DNA from: a virus | IMG/VR virus record: IMGVR_UViG_3300047548_001390 | Coordinates: 1-64,000 of that record | Length of the DNA stretch: 64,000 bases | Reading direction: 5' to 3' (one strand) | Part shown: positions 38,580-48,431 of the stretch, one piece after another | Layout of the letters: every line of letters starts with the position of its first letter | How positions within the stretch are numbered: position 1 is the first letter of the stretch | Notes under the pieces: model-generated | What the model saw: the letters and a program-made list of their open reading frames with translations, nothing else | Told to the model about the DNA's origin: nothing | The model's database searches: none | Position numbers and translations under genes: made by a program

Positions 38580-41500
38580 TTATTGTTGCGAATACACAAC
38601 AAGTGATGCATCTGCATTATCAAGCGTGCTATCGTTTGTAGGCGATACGCCGCTGCTTGTATATTTAGAAGCTTGCCATAAAGACGTGTCTCCGGTTGCA
38701 GGTTCACCGAGTTTACCAGTTACAGAAAAATAATCTATGTTTCTAAGGAAATCGGTGAAGAAATTATTGTCAGACCCATCTGCCTCTAACCCATAATATT
38801 CACGAGCCGAATAATGGGTAAGATTTCTTACTTGAGTGTCCCCATTTAATTTTCGTTGCGTCAAAGTAAATTCAACTCGATCGAGGGGCACAAAATTGGT
38901 AACAACAATATTAAACAGTGGCCAAGCAGCGTTTTCACCTGTTGTCAAATACTTAAACAACTCAACCTCATTAGGAATTAATCTCCAACCCTTATTAATT
39001 TGAGTAGGAGTAGATTGAGCAGCTCTAGCAGGTGCCGTTACTGGAGGAGGAGAACTGACATAACGGGTTACACGAACGTCGTTAAAGTTTGTTTCGTAAA
39101 TTGTGGCTAAATCACGCCGTTCGACCCAATTATCGACTGGAGGAATCACTTCCAACAACCCATCCCATTTAATGATCAAGAAAGGATTAACGTTTGTCAG
39201 TCGTGAGCTGAACGATTGACCAAATATTTTCTCTTCTGTGTAAGGCAGAGTAATAAAATTATTGGCTATTGTGTAATGTTGACTGCCCGCAGATAAAAGA
39301 GCTGACACGTTTAATTTTTCCTTACGTGCAGTTACAGCTCCACCAATGAATGATGCACTAAAGTCTGAGCTAGTTTTTCTTGCTAGCAAAAGAGGATTTG
39401 CAAAATTTTCAACCAAGTACCCCGTCTTGTATCTGGATAATCCAGTTTCAGCGTCAATTACCTCAAAAGAAGTTAAACTACTTTCATCCAGAGTCAACGT
39501 GGTAAAATCTTCAACACGTTCAACTCGTCGAACAATTTTGCTTATATCCGACATTGTGTGACGATTTACATCTAGTGCACCATATCTAACGCCAGAGGCG
39601 AGCTGAGTATATGGTGGAATATCAAATTGGCCGATTTCAAATTTGCCTTCTGGAATCTGAGGAGATTTTGGTGAGTCCGATGGTCTTCCCGATATAATAC
39701 TTAAATTGCTTGATGCATCGACTACTAGCGAATCAATACGCCCCATATAGTACTGCACGTTAGTACGAAATATTGTATCGTTTCCAACAATATCATTCGT
39801 GCGAGCGTTAGGCCCGGTCATTAAACCATCGGATCCAACAGACGGTCTAAAATCAATTGCATTTAATAAATTATAATTTTGGCCAGTCGTCTGAGATGAG
39901 TACTGAATTAGTTTATCCATGTAATCTGGTGTGGATGCGTAAGAATCAACGCAAAAGAAATCACCAGAAATACTATGTTCATAATACCGATATGTAACAG
40001 TAACAGCGCCAACAGGAGCAGATCTACCCCCTTTTAACGACAAGCTACCTCTGTTGTACACATAATCAGATTGGCCGTTATTCAAAGTATAATTAACTGT
40101 TATGTCGCCTACAGTATCAATAACTGATACAACTTCTACTATATCAGTTTTCGATAAAGTAATTACATTTCCAGGTGTGTTGAATGTTTCAGAAAATGTA
40201 GTAAGCGTCTTTGTTTTAGGAAATACGTTTGTTTTTGTAACATTTGCAAACACTTTAATTACAGCGTTAGCATACGTAATACCACCCGAAAAAGATAACG
40301 TATTTCCATCAACGTTAAGACCGAACAAATTGTTTGGAATAGCACCAGTTTCGCCAATTGCTAAAAATGTGCCATCTTCAATTGGATCGATCGTACCGGA
40401 ACTGATGGTGGCAGATCCAATACCGGAAGCGTTTGCGACGATATCTAATTCTTTTTGAACTGTATATTCAAGATCATATTGCAGTGCCTGGTTCTTTAGT
40501 GTAGCAGCAACATTTACAGGCAAACTAAACAGCATGCTTGTTTGGCCAATAGACACCAACACTACGCGACTGGTAGTAGTACTTTGAGTGTCTGAAGTAC
40601 CACCAACAATCAACTCTCCCACCCTTGGTACAAGTTTGGTTGAATCGTGTTTATATACATACAATTGACCGTCGACAGGGTTATAGTATTTGACGGTGGC
40701 TGTTCTACCTGAAGCGTTTGAAACAATTTCTGCAGATTCGAATGCACCTGACGTAACTGGAGCAGTGTACTGTACAATAACTTTGGCAGTATCGTTAACG
40801 TTGTAAGTAATCGTCATCGCCTCTTCAAGCGTACGACCGCTACTAAGCGTAACGTCAACAACCCACAGTTTGTAAATGCCAGCAACAGCAGACAACGTGC
40901 TAACGTAATCAACGGCAATTATTTTTGCAGTGCCAATTACAGTCGTATCATTTTTAAAAGTAATTAGTGTGCGATCTTGAGCGGAAAAAGCACCTTGAAT
41001 GTCGGAAACGTAAATGTATTGACCATACTGAGGACGTATTCTAACCTGTCTTGAGTTGATATGTTCAGCAGTACGTGCTTTGTTGATTTCAATTCTTGTT
41101 CTAGAAAGCTTTTCTACTTCAAACCCACTAATATATGCTTTACCGGCTGCAACCTCTACAACAAGTTTATCTTTATCACCTACAGGATCAGAATAAACGC
41201 CACCATTTTGTTCTAAACGAAGATGTTCTCTTACTTTTGGTTGAAACCCATCTACAACATAATTTCCAGATTCATCAAAAGTTCTTCTTGCTAACGATTT
41301 TTCTAATTCTGAATATTTTGGATACCGCGAATGCTCTAACAACTCTCCACTATCATAACGCATCAATTCAACATAATCTTGATTAATTGGAGAGGTTAAT
41401 GGCAACACTTCTAAATCTAACGACACTTCTAGACGGTCTGCACCAGGAGCTGCATAGTTATAGCTTCCTTGAGCTGGGTCTAAGAGCGTTTCATCGTCTG

Positions 41501-42131
41501 TGGAAGAAATAATTGCTTCGGTAATTTTAAAAACAACGGAACCAGACGGTTGATTGCTAAACTTATCAAACACAATTGTTTGTTTTGGCGTGTATACAAA
41601 GTAACCATTAATATAATACACCCCAGCGTTAACTGAAGCTAAAGCGCCAAAACCAGAATAACTACCTGTGGCCACAGTAGCAACAATACCTGGAGCATCC
41701 TCAATGTAGATTTGCTCACCAGCCTGAAAAGTTACACCACCTGTTGCTCCCGCACCCGACAAGTACCCCAAATAAAATACGATAGGATCGGTAGGAGTCG
41801 CTGCAACAGTTTTTTTAACAACTGCTCTAATCCCTGTTGTTAAACCAACCACAACTTTTGATTCAAAAGCGGAAGGCAGCAACGATGTATTATTAAGCGA
41901 TGCAATTTTTACGTATGGTGCATTCAACTCTGCAAAGCTATTGCCTGGAATGACTACTGAACCATGTTTGAATACATGGTTACCAAATCTCTCTATTTGT
42001 TTTTGGAGAATGGTTTGTAGTTGAGTAAGTTCGCGTGCTTGAACAGCAAATCCCGGTTTAAATAAAATCTGATGAAACCCTTTGTTCTCATCAAAATCAT
42101 CAAAGTAGGGAGCGGTGTTGTAAATTTTCAT
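38580..42131 (-). CDS. large virion structural protein (DUF4815/VrlC-like N-terminal half)
   Basis: PYFDDFD, LFKPGFAVQARELTQLQ, APGADR, LARRTFDESGNY, VNPF. Confidence 0.85.
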   Translation of the reverse strand: MKIYNTAPYFDDFDENKGFHQILFKPGFAVQARELTQLQTILQKQIERFGNHVFKHGSVVIPGNSFAELNAPYVKIASLNNTSLLPSAFESKVVVGLTTGIRAVVKKTVAATPTDPIVFYLGYLSGAGATGGVTFQAGEQIYIEDAPGIVATVATGSYSGFGALASVNAGVYYINGYFVYTPKQTIVFDKFSNQPSGSVVFKITEAIISSTDDETLLDPAQGSYNYAAPGADRLEVSLDLEVLPLTSPINQDYVELMRYDSGELLEHSRYPKYSELEKSLARRTFDESGNYVVDGFQPKVREHLRLEQNGGVYSDPVGDKDKLVVEVAAGKAYISGFEVEKLSRTRIEINKARTAEHINSRQVRIRPQYGQYIYVSDIQGAFSAQDRTLITFKNDTTVIGTAKIIAVDYVSTLSAVAGIYKLWVVDVTLSSGRTLEEAMTITYNVNDTAKVIVQYTAPVTSGAFESAEIVSNASGRTATVKYYNPVDGQLYVYKHDSTKLVPRVGELIVGGTSDTQSTTTSRVVLVSIGQTSMLFSLPVNVAATLKNQALQYDLEYTVQKELDIVANASGIGSATISSGTIDPIEDGTFLAIGETGAIPNNLFGLNVDGNTLSFSGGITYANAVIKVFANVTKTNVFPKTKTLTTFSETFNTPGNVITLSKTDIVEVVSVIDTVGDITVNYTLNNGQSDYVYNRGSLSLKGGRSAPVGAVTVTYRYYEHSISGDFFCVDSYASTPDYMDKLIQYSSQTTGQNYNLLNAIDFRPSVGSDGLMTGPNARTNDIVGNDTIFRTNVQYYMGRIDSLVVDASSNLSIISGRPSDSPKSPQIPEGKFEIGQFDIPPYTQLASGVRYGALDVNRHTMSDISKIVRRVERVEDFTTLTLDESSLTSFEVIDAETGLSRYKTGYLVENFANPLLLARKTSSDFSASFIGGAVTARKEKLNVSALLSAGSQHYTIANNFITLPYTEEKIFGQSFSSRLTNVNPFLIIKWDGLLEVIPPVDNWVERRDLATIYETNFNDVRVTRYVSSPPPVTAPARAAQSTPTQINKGWRLIPNEVELFKYLTTGENAAWPLFNIVVTNFVPLDRVEFTLTQRKLNGDTQVRNLTHYSAREYYGLEADGSDNNFFTDFLRNIDYFSVTGKLGEPATGDTSLWQASKYTSSGVSPTNDSTLDNADASLVVYSQQ

Positions 42132-42132
42132 A

Positions 42133-43953
42133 TTAGAATCTTATGTAAGTTCTGATTGCAAAAGCCTGATCCTCTGTTGAGGTAAGAGGAGGATTGTTTG
42201 TGACGTACAGTAAATTGCCACTATATTTATTTACAGTTGGAGACGAAGCAATTCTGACAACTGCATACTGAGAATTCGGATCGTTCTCTTGTACAAATGA
42301 TGTACCTGGCTGCTTGTATATAGCACTAAACTGTTGAAGTCTTACCAAGTTTTCATCGACATCGACCACTCTATATTTTGTGTTGTTGCTAATCAACACA
42401 TCATCTGGCTCAATACCCGTTGCATCTAAAAACACAATATCAAATGTAATGATAGCTGAGTTGTCGGTGACTCGTTGGTTAGTGATCAAATACAGTGGAT
42501 TTTCAATCAAACCAAATTGACGGTAATCTTGTAGTAAAAGATTCATTTCAATCTCGTCTTTGATCAAAGTATATACCAACACCGTTGATCCATACAATTC
42601 TTTCACTGCATCAAACCCATGACCCATGATTGATGGAAGAATTGCGTAGGCTTGAGCATCAACAAATCCTACTCCAGGAACGCGGTTAGGGTCTGTGATT
42701 GTTATTGTAGCTCTACTATATCCGGATCCGTATGACGTCATCACAATTTTTTCAATCAAACCGCCTTCTGCAATCACAGGATACCCAGCAGCTCCACTTC
42801 CGTCACCAGTAATTGTGACAGTTGTAGCCGATGAGTAATTGTTTCCAGCATTTGCGACTTTGACTGCGTAAATGGCGCCAGGAACAGCTGTTTGTTCAAC
42901 GAGTGATTGATCAGAAAGAAAATCGGAAAGCGCAAGAGTTGCTTGGAGAGAGGCTCCTTCCCCAGTTCCAATTACTGTAAGTTTAACAAAAGAATAGTTT
43001 AATCCAGGGTTTTCAATTACCACACCAATAACTTCACCACCATAAACTACAGGACTAATTTCAGCTCCAGTTCCATTTCCTTGTACAAGAATTGTTGTAC
43101 TGGTGTCGGTTGGATAGTTTTGACCAGGATCTTCGATTGCTACATTAACAATTTCACCATCTTGTACAATTGCTTTAAGGATTGCAGTTGGATTATTGTT
43201 GAATTTTCCGGTTCCTGTCTCGGTCGCTTGTAATACTGTGAGTGTAGGATCTGTATATCCCGACCCACCATTAATGATTTCTACTTTTACAATTTCACCG
43301 GTCGTACGAGAAACAAACGGAACAATAACAGCACCAGATCCAGTCTCGTCCTCAACACCAATCGTTGTCTGAAGAACGTCTACGTAACCAGACCCACCAT
43401 TGAAAATCTCTACCTGTTCAATAGCACCCTTACTATAAAAAGCATCAGTTAGTGCTTTCTGAACGGGAACCCAAGCGTCTGATACAAACTTTAATTGTTT
43501 GACAGCAGGAATGCTGTACATGTACTTCCAAATATACCCATCAGCAGTTTGAAAAGGCGATAACAAAGATCCAGTAGGTTTAACTGTTGATGATGCACCA
43601 TTATTGTTATTCAAGCATTTATATACATTGAATTCGTCAGTAACACAATAAAACATAGTGCCTTGCATCAGCTGTGTGTGATCCCACTGCTCAAACACTA
43701 GCCCCGATTCCCACGAATATCTTGTAATGACTAAAGAAGCATCGACAGGAGCTACTTTCCTCATGAACACAATATTATTACGTGTTTCAATGTCGCTCTC
43801 TACAGTAGCGGAAGGTTCCAAGGGCGGAATAGTCTCATCAGCCCAAGGTTCTACCTTTCCAAGATAGTAGAAGAAATTTGCACGACGATACTGAATATCG
43901 TTCAGAATCTGCGTTGCTAAACTAGTGTGAAGTTCAGGTCGAATAACTGGCAT
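42133..43953 (-). CDS. gp8: baseplate wedge gp8 with inserted GGSGY beta-repeats
   Basis: VYKCLNNN.G..ST.KP, DGYIWKYMY, GHG.DA..EL, DYRQFGLI.NP, YSG.LLY. Confidence 0.88.
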   Translation of the reverse strand: MPVIRPELHTSLATQILNDIQYRRANFFYYLGKVEPWADETIPPLEPSATVESDIETRNNIVFMRKVAPVDASLVITRYSWESGLVFEQWDHTQLMQGTMFYCVTDEFNVYKCLNNNNGASSTVKPTGSLLSPFQTADGYIWKYMYSIPAVKQLKFVSDAWVPVQKALTDAFYSKGAIEQVEIFNGGSGYVDVLQTTIGVEDETGSGAVIVPFVSRTTGEIVKVEIINGGSGYTDPTLTVLQATETGTGKFNNNPTAILKAIVQDGEIVNVAIEDPGQNYPTDTSTTILVQGNGTGAEISPVVYGGEVIGVVIENPGLNYSFVKLTVIGTGEGASLQATLALSDFLSDQSLVEQTAVPGAIYAVKVANAGNNYSSATTVTITGDGSGAAGYPVIAEGGLIEKIVMTSYGSGYSRATITITDPNRVPGVGFVDAQAYAILPSIMGHGFDAVKELYGSTVLVYTLIKDEIEMNLLLQDYRQFGLIENPLYLITNQRVTDNSAIITFDIVFLDATGIEPDDVLISNNTKYRVVDVDENLVRLQQFSAIYKQPGTSFVQENDPNSQYAVVRIASSPTVNKYSGNLLYVTNNPPLTSTEDQAFAIRTYIRF

Positions 43954-43954
43954 T

Positions 43955-44395
43955 TTAATTTATGGTCACATCCCAATTGATAATAAGCGTATCAGCTGCG
44001 TCTTTGTTAACAACTTCATACGTTGTACGACACAACATAGTACCAGCTGTACCAGCATTAAAAATACCAGCCTCAACAAGAGCTCCGGAACCTGTGCCTG
44101 GAGCAAACGTTGCAGTATACCGGATGGTGTTTGTGGTTCTAACAGCTGAATCCAACTCTACACGAGCCAATTCAGCTACAAGTTCTGTGTTTGCTGTTGC
44201 TAAGTTAGAATTAGAAGTACCAACAGACATATGCGACATAACAGCTGAATCGGTACCAATCATACGATCAGCGATAAACTCTTTACCGACAGAAACGACA
44301 AGGTTTGGGACGTGAATTTTTTGCTTAATGCCCTGGTTTTTATCCAGAAGAACAATTGTTAGTTCTCCCGTTGCTTTGATTAAATCGTTGACCAT
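43955..44395 (-). CDS. baseplate/tail structural protein (likely start 44395)
   Basis: NLVV..GK..IA.R, ATF..G.G.GAL.EAGIFN, V.NK...DTL.I.W; SD GGAG and late promoter TATAAATA at 44453-44460. Confidence 0.7.
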   Translation of the reverse strand: MVNDLIKATGELTIVLLDKNQGIKQKIHVPNLVVSVGKEFIADRMIGTDSAVMSHMSVGTSNSNLATANTELVAELARVELDSAVRTTNTIRYTATFAPGTGSGALVEAGIFNAGTAGTMLCRTTYEVVNKDAADTLIINWDVTIN

Positions 44396-44468
44396 AATTA
44401 CTCCTGTTTGTGCGTAAGACTTCTTAAATGTCTTCAAAACTAGCTGTTAGTATATTTATATGTTAATT

Positions 44469-46208
44469 TCAAATCAATGTTCCCTGAAGACTGGCTTCCT
44501 CACCTGCAACACCATATTGTTCTTCGAAATATGGCTCGCCATATTGTTCAGGGAAATAGTTTGTAAGATTATATGATGTGGCTGCATCTAACTGAAAAGC
44601 AATTGCTTCATCAGAAAAAGATTTTATTGACTGTCTGGCATCTTCATCATCAATTAATGATTCTGATTCCAAGTATTTGGCAAAGGTGTTAGCAACCTCA
44701 TCAACAGGATCTAAAAGATCCGATAATCCTTTAGCTACCGTAAAAAACTCTGAATCGGATGTATCGACATTATTATCTTCAAATGGTAATTCAATCGTCT
44801 TAGCCGCTAAATCTTCAACGGTCGCCACGTCAGATACGTTGATCCATTTAAATGGAATTTCAGTAGTAACTTCTACATCTACATCAAGAGTCTCTTTTAA
44901 TAAGAGATTAGAAAAAGATTTATTACCAGCTTGATGTAAATTACTCAACATCGTTTGATAGCGAGACCGCGGTATTTCTGATTCAATCACATAAGAATAT
45001 TGTTGATAGTAGTAATTATCCTGTAATCTAATAAAATTATCGGAAATAATGCCTCTACTATTTAACCACTTCCCTCTTGACGTAACAATTTCACCAAACA
45101 CATATTTCAAAGTAGCCCTTGAAGCTCTCCATTGTGCAATAGTGAGTGGAGAACTTACATCTTGGATTTCTTGAGAAACAACGTTTCTTGTTCTTTGGCT
45201 AATAACGCCAGTAGCAGTATATATTTGAGATGTATAATTTTCTAGAAAATAAGAATTGGACGAAGCATTTGCAACAGTTCCCAAAACTGTTTCAATTGTC
45301 CCTTCTGTCCCATCAAAAATAGTCAGTGTATGTGTACTTGTCTCAAGATCAAAATCATAATCATAACTAACACCAACTGGTTTAACAGCATAGGGAGAGA
45401 CGATTAAACGCTCGCCATCTAAGTGCTCGTGTCCGTATTCTAAAATCTCTACTCGTTGAAGAGTTCCAATGTTGTCGATTTGAGCAACTCTAGCTAACGT
45501 GTTTTTAGTATCAGCTGGGAGAACAATGATCTGCCCTAATTGCCAATCTCTTCCGCCATTTTCAATTTCAATTGATTTAGGAGATAATATTATGTTTCCA
45601 AGAAACGTTGTAATATTATTGTCAGTAATTCTTACCGTTTGATTAGCAAACGCTGTTACTTTTACCGTCGATTTGAAATAAAACCGTGTTATTTCAGAAT
45701 CTAGTATTTCAATGCGTGAGATATCTAGACGTTCTGTTCCGTTTTCATAGTCTAATAGTATAGTGTTAACAACACTTGGAACGCTTCCTTGACGCGTCTT
45801 GACAGTAATAAATCGTTCTTGTTCCCAAATACCATCAGAGGCTCTTAAAATACTATCACGTGGGTACCTTATCTTTACATCATTACCAGCATTATAAACT
45901 GTCTTTAATAAAAAGATTAACGCTTTTTCAGACCCTTTGGCTGTGTATATTTGTTTGATTGTTTTAATGTACTTCGTATCAAACGGCGCTACGTCATTAT
46001 AGATCCCATAAACATCAAGTTGGTTTCTAAAGTATTGAACAAATCGTTCAGGGGTAGTATCAACGTCTAGAACATTCTCAATCTTCCCTAAAGATTGCTG
46101 CTCTTCAACCCATTTGTAATAAGTTTGAACAAAGGCAACAAATGCCGGATATTCATGTTCGATGACTTCCGGAAATTGTTCTTTGATAATTATGTACAAC
46201 TTATCCAT
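44469..46208 (-). CDS. gp7: baseplate wedge gp7-like protein
   Basis: QFPE....YP.FV.F...YY, Y.AKGSE, ILRASDG.W, LQDNYYYQ.YSYVI. Confidence 0.75.
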   Translation of the reverse strand: MDKLYIIIKEQFPEVIEHEYPAFVAFVQTYYKWVEEQQSLGKIENVLDVDTTPERFVQYFRNQLDVYGIYNDVAPFDTKYIKTIKQIYTAKGSEKALIFLLKTVYNAGNDVKIRYPRDSILRASDGIWEQERFITVKTRQGSVPSVVNTILLDYENGTERLDISRIEILDSEITRFYFKSTVKVTAFANQTVRITDNNITTFLGNIILSPKSIEIENGGRDWQLGQIIVLPADTKNTLARVAQIDNIGTLQRVEILEYGHEHLDGERLIVSPYAVKPVGVSYDYDFDLETSTHTLTIFDGTEGTIETVLGTVANASSNSYFLENYTSQIYTATGVISQRTRNVVSQEIQDVSSPLTIAQWRASRATLKYVFGEIVTSRGKWLNSRGIISDNFIRLQDNYYYQQYSYVIESEIPRSRYQTMLSNLHQAGNKSFSNLLLKETLDVDVEVTTEIPFKWINVSDVATVEDLAAKTIELPFEDNNVDTSDSEFFTVAKGLSDLLDPVDEVANTFAKYLESESLIDDEDARQSIKSFSDEAIAFQLDAATSYNLTNYFPEQYGEPYFEEQYGVAGEEASLQGTLI

Positions 46209-48031
46209 TAATTCCTACTTGACGTAAAAGTATATGGTCGATCTGCAGAATCAACAACGTAATCTATCGTTGTCAATTCAGGGTCAATAGTTGCAAATTG
46301 ATATTGGGTTGAAACAACATCATTGGACTGAGGTTTGATTACAAGAGTAAATGTGTCTCTTGTAAGACCAGTAATCATAAGAGCGGTGATTTCAATCAAT
46401 CCAGTTGAGTAATCTACAGTTCCAACGTTTCTCACATAAATTTTTTGATTGTTTGCGTCAATATAAAATAAACGTAAAGCGCCAATATTACTATCACCAG
46501 AAGGAGCGTCTTCAATGTAACATACATTTGTTGTGTCGGAAACGTATATTCCGTGTGACAAAATAGATTGTTCTGGTACTCCAGAGTTATAAATCGGATT
46601 ACCTAAGTTTATTTTGTATAGCGATGACACATTAAAAATAGGAGTAACATCTCGGTAAATTTTGACTGTCGTGATATTACTTGTGATAGATGGTTCCGTC
46701 TGATCAATCAACGTAGACAATCGAGACAACTTGAACACACTTCCCAATGCATTTAATTCACGGAGATTAAAATCTTCTATCGTTTGTCTTACTAAACCCT
46801 GTATGTCATTTGGAAAACGTGTCGTTAATTGAGGATTATAGTAAAACGTCGTGTTGAGCTCTATTCTGATGTAAACAGGATCAACAATCTCTGGTGTAAC
46901 ACTTAAGGCTTTTCTTGGCGCAATAATATCGTTTAAAATAATATTTTTTTCATCAGGTGTTAAAACATCATCGTTTTGTGGAACAATAGAGATGAACACT
47001 TTGCCATAAATTGGAGGAACAGCCTCTTCACCACCCCATACAGCAATTGAACGTATATTTGCAAAATAAGCTGAGATGATTGCTTTGTAGTCATTTGCTG
47101 TTACGCATCTGTTTTGTGCGGCATAATATCTTGGAGCAACCCAACGAATAGAATCAATCTCTTCAGCACTTGCACCATTGGCAGCACGCTCTATAGTTGT
47201 GACAAATGGTTGAAAGGCATCAGGTAGACCCCCACCGTAAGTAAAGGTTGAAGCTCCATTAGGCAACTCTCTATTACAAACAATATATGTTAAGGTAATA
47301 ACGTTACCTGGATTAACAGCTGCACCAATAACATTGTTTCCGAATTCAACCTCATACAGACCATTATCCAATTCTTTTATGAAAAATACTTTGTCCGTTG
47401 CTCCAACATCAACAATGTTATTTACATTGACAAATGTAGATGATGTAGACGTTTGCGCATTTTCTGCCACAGACACCACTAATGTGCTTAAATCAACATC
47501 ATTGTTAGGAATAATGAATCTAACACCTGGTCCAACTACATATCGGTACTCTAGAAAAGTCCCTTCTCTTAGCTCAATACCAGTCATAACATATTGATTA
47601 TCTTGTTTTACAGCACTATGAGCTTGTGTAGTGTAAAACGTATAGCGGGTATTATCGACTAATGCTCTAAATGGAGTGTATTTTGGAATTTCAACAAGTG
47701 CTGGAGCATTGACCAAATCGTTAATAAAAGTTAAATCTACAACTGCAGTTGCTGCTCTAGCCGAACGAGGAGTGTATCCTAATTCCTTAGCTTTTGAAGC
47801 CACAGACGATCGCTTTGATGCTGAATCAAGAAATGCTTCGTTAATAGCCAAGTTAGTATACAAAGCATTATAATGCGTGTTGTATGCTAAGATGTCCAAC
47901 AATATAGACAGACCCGATCCTTCAAAATCGTAATCTTGAAACTCTTCTTGACCTCGCAAGAATTCCTTTAGACTTTCTTTTAGCTGATCAAAGTCGAGCT
48001 CTGTTGTTTGGATTTTTTTGTTTAAGATCAT
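46208..48031 (-). CDS. gp6: baseplate wedge gp6
   Basis: ELDFD, DYDFEGSGLS.LLD.LAYNTHY, QNRCVTANDY, WGGE..P.YGKVFISI. Confidence 0.95.
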   Translation of the reverse strand: MILNKKIQTTELDFDQLKESLKEFLRGQEEFQDYDFEGSGLSILLDILAYNTHYNALYTNLAINEAFLDSASKRSSVASKAKELGYTPRSARAATAVVDLTFINDLVNAPALVEIPKYTPFRALVDNTRYTFYTTQAHSAVKQDNQYVMTGIELREGTFLEYRYVVGPGVRFIIPNNDVDLSTLVVSVAENAQTSTSSTFVNVNNIVDVGATDKVFFIKELDNGLYEVEFGNNVIGAAVNPGNVITLTYIVCNRELPNGASTFTYGGGLPDAFQPFVTTIERAANGASAEEIDSIRWVAPRYYAAQNRCVTANDYKAIISAYFANIRSIAVWGGEEAVPPIYGKVFISIVPQNDDVLTPDEKNIILNDIIAPRKALSVTPEIVDPVYIRIELNTTFYYNPQLTTRFPNDIQGLVRQTIEDFNLRELNALGSVFKLSRLSTLIDQTEPSITSNITTVKIYRDVTPIFNVSSLYKINLGNPIYNSGVPEQSILSHGIYVSDTTNVCYIEDAPSGDSNIGALRLFYIDANNQKIYVRNVGTVDYSTGLIEITALMITGLTRDTFTLVIKPQSNDVVSTQYQFATIDPELTTIDYVVDSADRPYTFTSSRN

Positions 48032-48423
48032 TAGCGTGTTCTCTTCAACGTAAGATCAACTGTTATTGGTCGTTGGGTGTTTACAATTCTAAAAGTAATC
48101 TGACAAAACACAGTGTTGTTATCAGGATTTAAAGTCACTTCCACATCAATCAATCGAACACGAGGTTCAAAATTGTTGATTGTGTTGATAATAGCTCTTT
48201 GCAACATTGCTTGTAGCAAAGGTGTAAACGGCTCAAAAAGTAAATTATAGATTTGAGACCCAATTTCTGGGTGAAAAGGCTTCTCATAGTGATTAATCAT
48301 CACTAAATTTTTGACTGATTGCTTAATTGCATTTTCGTCATATTTTTTAGAGATATCACCTGTGACGGGGTTTGCAATAAAATTTAAGTCAATATCGGAA
48401 AAGGTTCGTGTATTTCTGGCCAT
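48031..48423 (-). CDS. gp25: baseplate wedge gp25
   Basis: FSDIDL.F..NP, AIKQSVKNL, EKPFHP, NFEPRV. Confidence 0.93.
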   Translation of the reverse strand: MARNTRTFSDIDLNFIANPVTGDISKKYDENAIKQSVKNLVMINHYEKPFHPEIGSQIYNLLFEPFTPLLQAMLQRAIINTINNFEPRVRLIDVEVTLNPDNNTVFCQITFRIVNTQRPITVDLTLKRTR

Positions 48424-48431
48424 ATCTTTAT

